A DNA stretch of 64,000 nt from Thermoplasmata archaeon. GTDB lineage: Archaea > Thermoplasmatota > Thermoplasmata > GCA-020350865. The first letter of the stretch is position 1; each line of letters starts with the position of its first letter. This document shows, in pieces, positions 36,364 through 48,700 of this stretch. The notes under the pieces are model-generated. The model made no database searches. It worked only from the letters and a program-made list of their open reading frames with translations, and was not told where the DNA came from. Made by a program: the position numbers and the translations under genes. The DNA lies in NCBI GenBank assembly GCA_020348445.1, contig CP070751.1:4717060-4781059 (forward strand). The letters run 5' to 3'.

Positions 36364-39300
36364 CTACTTCTCCCAACTTACCTGGTTTGCGCCGCCTTCT
36401 GTTTCCTCCTCATCCACAGTTAACGCCTCCACGACCTCTGCCTCCACCACCTCCACATCCGCGTATGCTGTTTGGGGGGAGCTCTCAACCTGAAAATCAA
36501 CTGTTTCTTCCTTGCCCTTTCTTCTTAACAACAGGACCATAATTAGAATTATCACGATAATGATGATGAACAGTAATAGATAGACCAGGTTATTCTCCAG
36601 CATCTCAAATGCTCCACCCTCCTGGGGGCTATCATCCTCATCTACGCCATTACCATCCCCATCACCATCCCCATCACCATCGCCATCGCCATCGATGTCT
36701 TGCCACTTTGTTGGGTCATCTGGGAAGGCATCAGGATTTGTTCCATTGGGATTGTCTCCATAGCCATCTCCATCTCTGTCTGACCATTGAGTGGGATCGT
36801 TTGGGAATGCATCAGAGTTGTCTCCAATCCCGTCATCATCAGAATCCTGCCACTCTGTAGGATCCAATGGAAATGCGTCTTCGTCATCCAAGTAAGTGTC
36901 GTTGTCATCATCAGAATCCATGGAATCAGGGATGAAATCCCCATCAGTGTCAATGGGTACTGAGCTGGAGTTGTACGGATCAGTTCCTTCGGATTCCTCT
37001 ATTGTATCCTCATACCCGTCATTGTCATCGTCCAAATCCGCATTATCTCCTATCCCATCACCATCTGAATCTTCCCATTCTGTTGGGTCTTCTGGGAAGG
37101 TATCATTCTCATCAGGGACACCATCGTCGTCGTAATCGTCATCTATGACTGGTTCATACACGTTCACCCTCAACAATGTGCTAGAAGCGTTGTTGCTGAG
37201 ATTGTCCCTTGCACCGTAAATTATTGTACCTGTGTTCAATGGCAGGGTAAATGGCGAGGTATATACATTATAAGTGGAGCCTCCGTCGATGCTGTACCAT
37301 ATAAAATCTACGCCGACACCCGTGGTGTCATTGGCAATAAAAGTAACTGGTGTTGTGGTATTTACCCAATATCGTTCGTCAGGAGGAGGAGTAACATTCC
37401 CTATGAAAATGGTGGTATTTGGCGGTGTTATATCTATATTGACAGTTATAGAAAAGACAGATTCATTGTTGCCGAGATAGTCCTCTGCTCCGTAGGTGAT
37501 GTTGTGCAGTCCCTCTATATAGCCCGTTAACATGAAATATGAATATTCAAAATATTCGCCGTCGATTGTGTACCAAATAAATGAAACACCGCTTAATTCA
37601 TCTTCTGATGTCAGAGTGAATGGTGTACTTTGAGTCACATTCCAGCAATCAGAGTCATTTAATCGATATTTGGGCTCCCCATAAGAAAGTGATGAGTTTG
37701 GTGGGGTATTATCCAACTGAACAAGGATACTGTCATATGTTTCATTGTGATTCAGATTGTCTATTGCGCCCCAGGTTATATTGTACTCGCCATCTACGTA
37801 GTTCGATAAATTGAATACCTGACCCTCGAAATAGGTTCCATTTATCGTGTACCAAATCGTGTCAATCCCTGAATATGACTCCAGAGAGGCGAGGGTGAAT
37901 TCAGTTAGAAATGTTACATTCCAGTTATGCTCATTAAGTCTGCGATATTTTGGAGAACCAACAAAGATCTCAGTTTGAGGGGAGGTATCATCTAAAACGA
38001 CCACCTTTTCATTTCCTGTTTCGTTGTTACCAATCATATCAACGCTGCCCCAGGTTATTGTGTGAATTCCTTCATTATAACCGCTGAGATTGAAAGATAT
38101 CCCTTCGAAATATTTTCCGTCGATGGTATACCAAGTGTAGTTCACACTAGATCGATTATCGAAAGCTAGCAAATCAAATTGTGTGAAAGAGGTTACATTA
38201 AAATTATCGCTTTGATTCAATCGATACTTTAAACCAAAGAGTGTTATGTTCGTAGTGGGCGCCTGTGTATCGACATACACATAGGTCGTGTTGCCTGTTT
38301 TGTTGTTTCCCACACGATCTCTTGCGCCAAAAGTTATGATATGGATACCATCTGAATAACCATCCAAGTTGAAATCCGAGGCCTCAAAATATATGCCATC
38401 GATGGTGTACCAATTTGTATCGATCCCTGATTGGGTATCATCAGAATTAATGTCAAAGAGTGTGGAAGTTGAAACATTCCAATGATCTTGAGAATCCAGG
38501 TGATACTTTGGCAAACCTATATCCAAAGATACAGAAGGAGGAGTCGTGTCGAGAATTACTGTGATAGTTATTTCTGTTTCATTATGTCCGAGATTATCCT
38601 GGCTCCCATATACTATCGTATGAGAACCGTCATCATATCCTGAAAGGTTGAAGCTAGAGCCCTCGAAATATTCTCCATCAATGATGTACCAACTGAAAGC
38701 AACACCCGAATAACCGTCACTGGCATTGAGTATGAATGTGGTTGTATCTGAGACGATCCACGGATCAAAGTCATGTTCTCGGTATTTTGGATCACCCACC
38801 TCCATTTTGGTATTCGGTGCTAGTTTATCGAGAAAGATGACTATTGAATTGCCTGTTTCGTTTGTTCCGAGATTATCGATACTGCCCCAGGTAATTGCAT
38901 ATGAACCTTCATTTAATCCGAAGTCAGATAGTGTGAAACTTTCCCCCTCGTAATATTTTCCATTGATTGTGAACCAGGTTATCATTACACTTGAATTATG
39001 GTCTGGATGATCCACTGGTGTAAGGTTAAATTGTGTATAGGCGGTAACGTTACATCCATCGAATCCGCCAGTGGGGTATTTATCGCTTCCAAGGGTTAAA
39101 ACCGTTTGGGGCATTGAATCATCCAGCCAGACTGTGATGGTATTTGACTCGTTATTACCCAGGTTGTCACAGCTGCCCCAGGATATGGTACGTGCACCTT
39201 CATCATAACCAGAGAGATTGAATACCAGACCCACATACAAATCAGAATCGATTTTATACCATGTAAAAGCCAAGCTTGAGTTGTGGATTGGTAAATCCTG

Positions 39301-42300
39301 CGGTGTTAAAGTAAAGGGGGTCTCGGAGGTCACATTGGCTTCATCTTCGTATTCCACAGGATGATGCGGAGAGCCTATGGTCAATTCAGTATAGGGTACT
39401 GAATCGTCGAGCCAGACTTTGATAAGATTCCCTGTTTCATTGTTATCGACATTATCTTTGCTGCCCCAGGTTATGTCATGCTCTCCCTCAGAATAGCCTG
39501 ATAAGTTGAAACTTGTACCTTCATAGTAATCCAAATCTATAGTGTACCATGTGACTGCCACACTTGCGTTATGGGAGGGATTGTCTTTTGCTGTTAGGAA
39601 AAAAGTAGTATTTGACGTGACATTGCATCCTTCCTGTGGGGATAACGGATATTTTGGGAGAGCGATTGTAAGTGTTGTCTCAGGCGTGCTGTCATCCACC
39701 CATATGGTGATAGTGCTGGCCGAGCCGTTGTTACCGAGGTTGTCCTCACTGCCCCAGGTTATTGTGTGGGCACCTTCACCATAACCCAACATTGTAAATT
39801 GCGAGTCTTCATAGTAATCAGTACCTATGAAATACCAATGAAATGCAATGCCTGATCCATGAGAGGGATTGTCTAGTCCAATGAGAGTAAGCTGTGTATT
39901 CGAGGTCACGTTGCATTCGTCATTTGGCGAATCAGGATGTTTTGGTTCGTCAATAGAAAGTATGGTGGAAGGTCCACTTTCATCTATCCAGACTGTTATA
40001 TTTATGGTTCCGTTGTTGCCGCTAAAATCCTCACTTCCATATGAAATGTTATGCGGTCCTTCACTGTAACCTGAGAGTGTGAAGGGCGTTCCATCAAATT
40101 CAAAATAAACTCCATCGATGATGTACCATGTGAAATTCACGCCCGAGTATTTGTCCCATGCCGATAGGTTAAAGGAAGAGGTTTGTGTTATGTTCCAGTC
40201 GTCACCAACATTGGCCCGATATTTCGGATCTTCTATGGTAAGGGTTGTAATTGGTGGAGTGCCGTCCCACACCGTGATATTGCAGGTATCGTTGTCCCAG
40301 TTACCCCATGCATCGCTCACGTTCAATGTAACTGTAAAAACACCTATGGTCGAGTATGAATGCACCACACTCGAATCATAAGGACCCATCTTGTTGGAAT
40401 AGTTACCGTCGCCAAAACTCCAGTTGTACCATGCGATGTATCCCGAGTCATCCCATGAACCTGAACCATCTATCACTATGGGTTGATCTGTTCCTGTTGA
40501 GTTGTCTGGACCTGCGTCCGCTATGGGAGTTACATTATCCTTCCCAAATATCTGCATCGTTGGATCACCTAAAAGGTTCCACTCATAAACGACCCATCTG
40601 TAGGTGTTGTGTGTCAAGGCATCCGAGGCGAACTCCACCTTTGTTTGTTGGAGGGTTTTACCGATTCTAATCTCGTAGTTGTTAAAAAGCTGATTGTAGA
40701 ACTCGTTATCAAGTTCACCGCTGTATTTGGAAACGTCGAAGCTGATGAACCATCCAAACCTGCTGTTTAAAATGCAGGCCACAAAACCGCCGTCCGGATT
40801 GATTATATACTCTTCTGCCATACTATCCCTATCGCCCACATAGCCACCATCGCTTCTTCTTCCATCAAATGAACCACTGTAGCATGCTATTGAAAGGTGT
40901 ATGGGATAGTAAGTGTTGACAACATCATCAGCATCTGTATCAGAATAAAATGTACCTTCCTTGATCTCATAGCTTTGGACGGAGCCATGACCGCCATGGT
41001 TGACGAAAAGGGTGTTGTTGGCGATTTCTTGTTCCCAAATTGCAACTGATATCTCGTGCCCGTCTTTCTCGTACAATCGGGTTATATTGTAAACAGAAGG
41101 GATGTAACTCTCGACACCGTCGACTGAAACTCCTCCATCTCCGTTTTTTATATAATCAAGATAATAGGGACCACTTGAATCGGTCTCCCCGTGTAATGTG
41201 ACATGCCTGGGTCTTGGATTTGCCTCGAAGTATGTGACCTTATCAACGAAGGTCTGAGCCTCGGTAACAGAACCTACAGGAGCCCTCCCCACGAAAACCT
41301 CGGCCAAAATGTCCGATTCCTCCCCAGCATCCCCACCTCCTCCATTGGCAGAGTCCTTCTCACCGTATATGGAATCTCCATCATTGTCCCAGTTTCCGTC
41401 CAAACCTCCAAAATATAGGTCAGTGGGGATGTCATCATCCTCTTCTGGACCTCCTGTAGCGAAAACGTAACCATAACAGCCCCTGTGAGGCATTATTTCG
41501 TCATCTCCTCCCAGCATTACAAAACTCGTGCTCCAATTGATGTATGCATCCTTGATGAAATTACGGATTTCTTCCTGGGTATCGTTACCGTTATAATCGG
41601 GATCGGCTGTGATGGCCTCTTTGGTAACCACTATAGTTGGTATCCCGGAGCTGTTCTTATTATTTGCCATTGTTTGAAAAGTGGAGGCCAGTGCATTGCT
41701 TGTAATTATCACATAGTTATAAGTTTCAGATGAATTTGTCAGGGAAAGCGGTGTGATACCCCCCGAGGATTCCTGTTCACTGGAAGTTTCATAGGAATCC
41801 AGCATTAAGGGATTATCCACAAATCCCTTTACTAATTCCTTGTCTTGGTCTAAACCACGGTACAAAGGAGATATGTCCCTAATATCAAGGGTGGTTACCG
41901 TGACATCCATGTTCGTGAAGTAAAGTACTTTTCCAGAAGAAGGTAAATAATGCATTGGGTACAAGTTTAAAAATAGGATTTTATAACCCCTTAACGTTTG
42001 CACAGAAACAAATGAAAATTCAATCTCTGGATATCTATTTTCTGAGTCATATATTGACCAATCTAATGTCTCAGTCGACAGACTTGTATCCTCTGAACCC
42101 ATGATCATGGATTCCTCGCCTGGCTTGATATAATATGTTCCATCAATGACTACCTCGTCTTTTCCAGTTACTTTGATATTTCCCAGGACATTGCCTTGTG
42201 GAAGGAGAACATTTATACTCTTTACAGGAATTATTGGCATGCCCGGTTTTATCTCGTTGCGTAGAGGCTCCATCCGTGGAATATCATATTCCCCTATTTT

Positions 42301-42603
42301 TTCCATCTCAGGTTCTGAAAAACTGTAACTTATTGAAAATGTATTTTCCTTGACAACATCGATTATGTCTGGGTCCACTGATTTCAAATCCTGATAAAAC
42401 GAAACCTCGGTGGTGCTTAAATCTGAGTCTGCATCCGACACTTTTATGTCAGCAGAAATTGGTGCGCCCACGCTATCTTTCACATCCAAGTGATCTTCTG
42501 GGATTTCTTTTCCCAAATCCCCTAAAACACCTGGGATGCCCATTGTAAACAATAAGAGCAAAACCAGAAAGAGTGCGGTTTTTGTGGATTTTTGTTTTGC
42601 CAT
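36364..42603 (-). CDS. Membrane-anchored gingipain-family (C25) cysteine protease: propeptide, catalytic domain, PKD, 11 Ig-like stalk repeats, TSP3-like repeats, TM helix, cytoplasmic tail
   Basis: YVIITSNAL, FVMLGGDDEIMP, TDLYFGGLDG and VFVGRAPV. Catalytic NHGGHG and IACYSGSFD, WNLLGDP, and DSDGDGIGDN repeats. GGTGA Shine-Dalgarno. Confidence 0.92.
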   Translation of the reverse strand: MAKQKSTKTALFLVLLLLFTMGIPGVLGDLGKEIPEDHLDVKDSVGAPISADIKVSDADSDLSTTEVSFYQDLKSVDPDIIDVVKENTFSISYSFSEPEMEKIGEYDIPRMEPLRNEIKPGMPIIPVKSINVLLPQGNVLGNIKVTGKDEVVIDGTYYIKPGEESMIMGSEDTSLSTETLDWSIYDSENRYPEIEFSFVSVQTLRGYKILFLNLYPMHYLPSSGKVLYFTNMDVTVTTLDIRDISPLYRGLDQDKELVKGFVDNPLMLDSYETSSEQESSGGITPLSLTNSSETYNYVIITSNALASTFQTMANNKNSSGIPTIVVTKEAITADPDYNGNDTQEEIRNFIKDAYINWSTSFVMLGGDDEIMPHRGCYGYVFATGGPEEDDDIPTDLYFGGLDGNWDNDGDSIYGEKDSANGGGGDAGEESDILAEVFVGRAPVGSVTEAQTFVDKVTYFEANPRPRHVTLHGETDSSGPYYLDYIKNGDGGVSVDGVESYIPSVYNITRLYEKDGHEISVAIWEQEIANNTLFVNHGGHGSVQSYEIKEGTFYSDTDADDVVNTYYPIHLSIACYSGSFDGRRSDGGYVGDRDSMAEEYIINPDGGFVACILNSRFGWFISFDVSKYSGELDNEFYNQLFNNYEIRIGKTLQQTKVEFASDALTHNTYRWVVYEWNLLGDPTMQIFGKDNVTPIADAGPDNSTGTDQPIVIDGSGSWDDSGYIAWYNWSFGDGNYSNKMGPYDSSVVHSYSTIGVFTVTLNVSDAWGNWDNDTCNITVWDGTPPITTLTIEDPKYRANVGDDWNITQTSSFNLSAWDKYSGVNFTWYIIDGVYFEFDGTPFTLSGYSEGPHNISYGSEDFSGNNGTINITVWIDESGPSTILSIDEPKHPDSPNDECNVTSNTQLTLIGLDNPSHGSGIAFHWYFIGTDYYEDSQFTMLGYGEGAHTITWGSEDNLGNNGSASTITIWVDDSTPETTLTIALPKYPLSPQEGCNVTSNTTFFLTAKDNPSHNASVAVTWYTIDLDYYEGTSFNLSGYSEGEHDITWGSKDNVDNNETGNLIKVWLDDSVPYTELTIGSPHHPVEYEDEANVTSETPFTLTPQDLPIHNSSLAFTWYKIDSDLYVGLVFNLSGYDEGARTISWGSCDNLGNNESNTITVWLDDSMPQTVLTLGSDKYPTGGFDGCNVTAYTQFNLTPVDHPDHNSSVMITWFTINGKYYEGESFTLSDFGLNEGSYAITWGSIDNLGTNETGNSIVIFLDKLAPNTKMEVGDPKYREHDFDPWIVSDTTTFILNASDGYSGVAFSWYIIDGEYFEGSSFNLSGYDDGSHTIVYGSQDNLGHNETEITITVILDTTPPSVSLDIGLPKYHLDSQDHWNVSTSTLFDINSDDTQSGIDTNWYTIDGIYFEASDFNLDGYSDGIHIITFGARDRVGNNKTGNTTYVYVDTQAPTTNITLFGLKYRLNQSDNFNVTSFTQFDLLAFDNRSSVNYTWYTIDGKYFEGISFNLSGYNEGIHTITWGSVDMIGNNETGNEKVVVLDDTSPQTEIFVGSPKYRRLNEHNWNVTFLTEFTLASLESYSGIDTIWYTINGTYFEGQVFNLSNYVDGEYNITWGAIDNLNHNETYDSILVQLDNTPPNSSLSYGEPKYRLNDSDCWNVTQSTPFTLTSEDELSGVSFIWYTIDGEYFEYSYFMLTGYIEGLHNITYGAEDYLGNNESVFSITVNIDITPPNTTIFIGNVTPPPDERYWVNTTTPVTFIANDTTGVGVDFIWYSIDGGSTYNVYTSPFTLPLNTGTIIYGARDNLSNNASSTLLRVNVYEPVIDDDYDDDGVPDENDTFPEDPTEWEDSDGDGIGDNADLDDDNDGYEDTIEESEGTDPYNSSSVPIDTDGDFIPDSMDSDDDNDTYLDDEDAFPLDPTEWQDSDDDGIGDNSDAFPNDPTQWSDRDGDGYGDNPNGTNPDAFPDDPTKWQDIDGDGDGDGDGDGDGNGVDEDDSPQEGGAFEMLENNLVYLLLFIIIIVIILIMVLLLRRKGKEETVDFQVESSPQTAYADVEVVEAEVVEALTVDEEETEGGANQVSWEK
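37160..40262 (-). repeat. Stalk of 11 ~97-aa Ig-like repeats in the C25 protease
   Basis: Recurrent P-x-T...P-K-Y...NVT...W-Y-x-I-D-G...G-x-H-x-I-T-W-G-S-x-D-N-L-G-N-N-E. Confidence 0.8.
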
Positions 42604-42725
42604 TAGATCACCGATACTTGTAACTCATATTATTCTTTTGGTTAAATTTCAAGGTCTTTTCTGTCCCGTGTTTTTTGGGTAGCCAGACGGTCCTGGGTTT
42701 CAATATGCAAATTTCAGTATTTATA

Positions 42726-45700
42726 TTATTTGTTGGGAGATTTGGGTCTTTCCTTTTGGTTAATCCTATTGCCAGGACTGCTTGTATCTTCCCATGTTAC
42801 GTTTTGATAAGTGGTCTCTTCCCCCACAGAATTTACGGGAGGCTCAGGTTGTTCTTGAACGACGATCTGTTGCTGGGCAGGCTCGGGCTCCTTCTTCCAA
42901 GAGGCGCTCGCCCTCCATCTCTTATATCCTTTGTACATCAATATCAAAATGATCAACAAGATTATTCCTATTATCAAAAAGTTGATGCAAAATGATTGCT
43001 CAAACTGGCCAATGAATGGGAGCTTTTCCCAATCTGTGGGTTCCCGCCATCTATCCTTATCTGTGGGATATTTATCCTCTGCATCACCTACGCCATCACC
43101 GTCCGTATCTGGATTCAAGGGATCTGTTTCATCTTCATCAACGATTCCATTTTGGTTTTTATCCTCGTCGATATCCAGTAGCCCGTCATTGTCGTCATCA
43201 GTGTCTCTTATATCCTCAACCCCATCTCCGTCCGTGTCTATGATGTCCACGATCACCTGGAGTGTGGATTTATCGGCCTCATTGTCCAAGGCATCGATAC
43301 CATAATAGATTATGGAGGTTGTCGAATTTGGAACCTTAAAGGGCGATTCATATATTGTATAACTCGTGCCTCCATCGATGCTGTAAAGTATAGTGGTGCC
43401 GTCCGCACCAGAGTCAAAGGAATCCAGAGTGATGGGAGTGGATGTGGCAATATGGAGTTCATCATTGATGGTGCCATTGGGCTGCCCTACTTTTATTGAG
43501 ATTTTCGGGGGTGTGTTGTCGATATAGACCCTCTGGGTGTTTCCAGTTTCGTTGTTCTCTAGATTATCCATGGAGCCCCAGGTGATGGTATGGAAGCCAT
43601 CGGATTTTCCATCGAGATTGAAGATGGTCCCCACAAAGTATTTACCATCCAATGTATACCATGTATGGGCAACACCAGAATACATATCAAATGGCGTTAA
43701 TGTGAAAGTCGTTTGGGAGGTGATGTACCAATTGTCGTTATCAGCCATGGGGGATTTTGGTGAGCCAATATCCATATCTGTATCAGGATGTTTCGTGTCA
43801 AGGTATATGAGTTGAGTTTTTTCGGTTTCATTGTTACCCAGGTTGTCATAACTACCGTATTTGATGGTATGAAAACCATCTAAAATCCCGGTCAGATAGA
43901 AATTTGAACCCTCATGATACACTCCATCTATGGTGTACCATGTATCAGCGACACCAGAACGTTGGTCAGTTGACGTCATTGAAAACATTGAGGCGTCCGT
44001 TACATTCCAATAATCATATTGGCTGTCACGATATTTTGGCGAGGTAAAATCGATATCAGTTACAGGACGGGTATTATCCAAAATCACGATTTTTGATTTT
44101 GCTGTTTCATTGTTGCCTAGGTTATCTATGCTGCCATAGGTGATGGTATGAACACCATCATTTAAATCGGAAAGATAGAAAGTAGAGCCTTCGAAATACT
44201 CGCCATCAATTGTGTACCACGAAGTATACACCCCGGATTTCGAATCAGAGGAAGATAATGAGAACTCAGTATCGGACGAGACATTCCACGTGTCGATTCC
44301 CGCTGCCCTGAATTTCGGTTGGTCGAAACTCAGTGAGGTTGAAGGGAAACCAGCATCTAAAATCACATTCAAGGTATTGCCTGGCTCCGAGTTCCCAAGG
44401 TTATCCACGCTACCCCAAATTATGGTATGCAACCCCTGTCCTAAGCCAGACAAATTGAAGCTCGTTCCCACATAATAGTTGCTATCAATGAAGAACCATG
44501 TGTAATTCACTCCTGAATATTTGTCTGAGGGTATTAGGGTAAATATTGTTGCATGCGTGACGTTCCAGTAATCATCCAAATTGTCGCGATGCTTTGGCTC
44601 GCTTATATCATACGGGGTGTTTGGTGGGGAATCATCGAGAATGACATCCATGAAATTGTACGATTCGTTGTACCCCAGAGTATCCCTGCTTCCCCACGTT
44701 AGGGTGTGCAGTCCTTCATCAAGACCTGAGAGGGTGAAGGGATTGCCATCGTATTCATGGTATTCACCATCTATTGTGTACCAGGTAAAATCAGCATCAT
44801 TGGAGATGATCAACACAGTCAATTTAAAATCAGTTTGGGAAGTTACATTCCAAAGATCGGTGGTGGATTCTCGATACTTTGGTACACCTATGTCCAGTAT
44901 TGTAACAAGGGATGTGAAGTTGAGATTCACGATCTCTGGCGGATTTGTTTCGTTCCAACCGAGGTTATCCTGGCTTCCCCAAGTGATGGTGTGCAATCCC
45001 TCAGAATAACCAGATAGGTTAAAGAAATTACCCTCAAAGTAATTACCGTCGATTGTATACCATGTGAAGTCCACACCAGAGTATAGATCGGATGAGTATA
45101 TCGTAAAGATCGAAAGGATTGTCACGTTCCAGTTATCCTCATCATCCTTGCGGTATTTTGGATCGCTTATTGATAGAAGCGATGAGGGGGGTGAATCATC
45201 CAACCATATGGTGATGAAATTGTCAGTCTCGTTGTTTTCTATTCTATCGTAACTTCCCCAGGTGATGGTATGGGAGCCCTCCACCAAGCCAGATAAAGTA
45301 AATGATGTTCCTGTGTAAAATTCACCGTCTATCGTATACCATGTCAAATCGATACCGGCATTATGAAGAGTAGGTTCGTCCGCCCTAGAAAGAGTAAACT
45401 GGGTAGAGGAAGTAACATTGCACCCATCGTAAGGTGATAGGGGATGTCTTGGCGTTTCGATGGTCAAGTCGGTAACAGGAGGCGAATCGTCCACCCATAC
45501 TGTTATCGAGTTGCTCGTTTCGTTGCTACCAAGGTTGTCCATTGAACCCCAAGCTATGGTATGCGATCCTTCGCTGTAACCTGTTAGATCAAATGTAAAG
45601 CCCAGATGATATTCACCGTCGATGAGATACCAGGTGTAATCGATTCCGGAATTGTGAATATCAGGCTTGTCAGAGCCTGATAATGTAAACTGGGTTGAGG

Positions 45701-48700
45701 ATGTTACATTACAACCTTCGTAAGGTGATAGTGGATACCTCGGCGTTCCAATATATAAATTGGTTACAGGGCGCGAATCGTCCACCCATACAACAATTGT
45801 ATTTCCTGATTCATTGTGACCAAGATTATCTTTACTACCCCATGTTATGGTGTGCATGCCCTCACCGTAGGCTGATAAATCAAATGCTGAGCCTGTAAAG
45901 TAATCACCGTCTATCGTATACCATGTAAAATCGATTCCAGCATTATGGATATCGGGCTTATCAGCTGCTGATAAGGAGAACAGGGTTTCTGACGTCACAT
46001 TACAACCATCGTAAGGTGATAGCGGATATCTCGGTGTTTCAATGGACAAATCGGTTTCAGGTGGTAAATCGTCCAACCAGACAACTATTGTATTTCCTGT
46101 TTCATTGTGACCAATATAATCGGTGCTACCCCACGAGATCGTATGGGCACCTGCCCCGTAACCTGCAAGGTCGAACAGCGATCCAGCATAGTAATCGCCG
46201 TCTATTTTGTACCAGGTGAAATTTATGTCAGAGTTATGGCCAACTGGTTTATCATTTCCTGATAGCGTAAACTGGGTGCTGGATGTTATGTTACAACTTT
46301 CGTATGGTGTTAATGGATATCTCGGTGTTCCCATGTCTAGATCTGTTTGTGGAGGCGAATCATCAACCCAGACTTTTATTGAATTTCCTGTTTCGTTGTT
46401 GCCAAGATTATCTTCGCTGCCCCACAAAATGGTGTGTCCCCCCTCACCGTAGATGGATAAATCAAAAATGGATCCAGTATAATAATCACCGTCTATTACA
46501 TACCACGTGGAACTGATACCAGTGCTGTGAGTTATAGGCTCGTCAGCTCGCGTCAGCATAAACTGGGTGGTTGATGTCACGTTGGAGCCATCATTTGGAG
46601 TCAAGGGATATCTTGGCAGGCCAATGGTCAATTGAGTTTGCGGGGGCGAGTCGTCAACCCAGATCGTTATTGAATTTGCTGTCTCGTTGTGTCCCAAATT
46701 GTCCATGCTTCCCCATGTGATCGTATGCTGGCCCTCTCCATAGAAAGACATATCAAATGCAGAACCAGTATAATAATCGCCGTTGATGGTATACCAGGTA
46801 AAATTGATACCAGAGTTGTGAACATCGGGCTTATCTGATGCTGTTAAGGTAATCTGGGTGTCTGATGTCACGTTGATACCTTCATAGGGGAAGGAAGGAT
46901 ATCTCGGCAAGCCCACCGATAATCCTGTTTCTGGGGGTGAACCATCAACCCAGACAAAGAACGAGTTTCCTGTTTCATTGTTACCTAGATTATCGATACT
47001 GCCCCACAAAACCGTATGGGAGCCTTCGCCGTAGGTTGATAAATTGAATGTTGTTCCAATGTATAAATCTCCATCTATGGAATACCATGTGAAGTTCATT
47101 CCTGAGTTGTGAAAACCTGGATAATCTGCACCTGATAATGTAAACTGGGTTTCGTGTGTCACGTTCACATATTCAAATGGAATTTCGGGATATTTTGGAG
47201 AACCTATAAAAAGGTTAGTTGATGGGGGTGAATCATCAAGCCAGACTATGAAAAATTTTCCAGTTTCGTTGTTACCAACATTATCCACACTACCATATGA
47301 GATATTATATTTGCCCTCGATGTAACCTGAGAGGTCGAAGGTGGTACCTTCATAATAATCTGAATCGATGACATACCACGTCTTATTCACCCCTGTTCGT
47401 GAATCTGATGAGGATAACGATATCTGGGTGCTCGACGTGATGTTCCAGGGATTAAATGTTACTAGGCGGTATTTTGGATCTCCAATAGTGTATGTGGTAA
47501 TTGGTGGGGTAATATCAAGATAAACCTGAATTGAATTGGCTGTTTCATTGTTACCCACGTTATCGATGCTTCCGTACATGATCGTGTACAATCCCTCTGC
47601 ATAGCCTGATAGATTGAATTCAAAACCCTCGTAATAATAGGAATCGATGATGTACCAGGAATAATTGGTGCCAGAATATTGGTCAGTGGACTGTAATGTA
47701 AAGGTTGTCATGTAAGAGACATTCAATATGTCGCCAACGGTTGCTCGAAAGTTCGGCTGCCCTATTACAATGTTCGTTTGCGGAGGTACCACATCTACAT
47801 TAACGGTCTGAATATTTCCAGTGGCATTCTGGCCTAGATTGTCCATACCACCCCATGTGAGGGTGTGAACTCCTGGTGTTAGTGTAAAAGGAGCTGAGTA
47901 CTCGTAATACACCCCATCGATTGTATACCACGTGAAATTGATTCCAGAGCCATCACCGTCACCATTGTCAACAAGGGTAAGTAAAGTTGTGGTAGAGATA
48001 TTCCAACTGTCAGTTGGTTGTTGTCGAAATTTTGGTGTGCCAAATGAAATATCGGTAATGGGTGGTGTGCTGTCGAGGTTGACTTTTATACCCCATGTCT
48101 GGAAGTTGCCCACATTATCTTCGCTGTACCATAATAAATTGACCTCACCATCTAGAATTCCAGAAAGATTAAATATCAAGTCGTAGTGGGGACCAGAATC
48201 AGCAAAATACCAGGTGGTACTCATTCCCGAGTACTTGTCATATGGGGATAAAGTGAACAAGGTTTCATCTGTCACATTCCAGGGATGGGAGTCGTGTACC
48301 CGATATTTTGGAGTGCCGATGGCGATGGGTGTGACAGGTGGAGAGTTGTCCAGGCATACAAATATGTTATTGCCTGTCTCGTTGTTACCCACCATATCCT
48401 CGCTACCCCAGGTTATGTTGTGCAGGCCCTCATCATAGCCTACCAAATCGAATGCCATCCCTTCGAAGTATTCTCCATCTATCGTATACCATGTGAAATT
48501 CACACCCTCATAGTTGTCAACAGCAGACAATGTGAACAGAGTAATCGTGAGGTTCGCGGTGACATTCCAATTGTCCCCGATATTCTCCTTGTATTTTGGA
48601 TCTCCGATGGTGAGGGTTGTAACAGGTGGGCCGATATCGGCAACTGTGATATTGACCTCATCAGTATCCCAATTTCCGAAGCTGTCACTGACATTCAAAA

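Noticed and set aside
35779-36423. 214-aa plus-strand ORF
   Set aside because: Atypical composition, no recognisable motif, no Shine-Dalgarno or TATA, and it overlaps the 3' end of the C25 gene.
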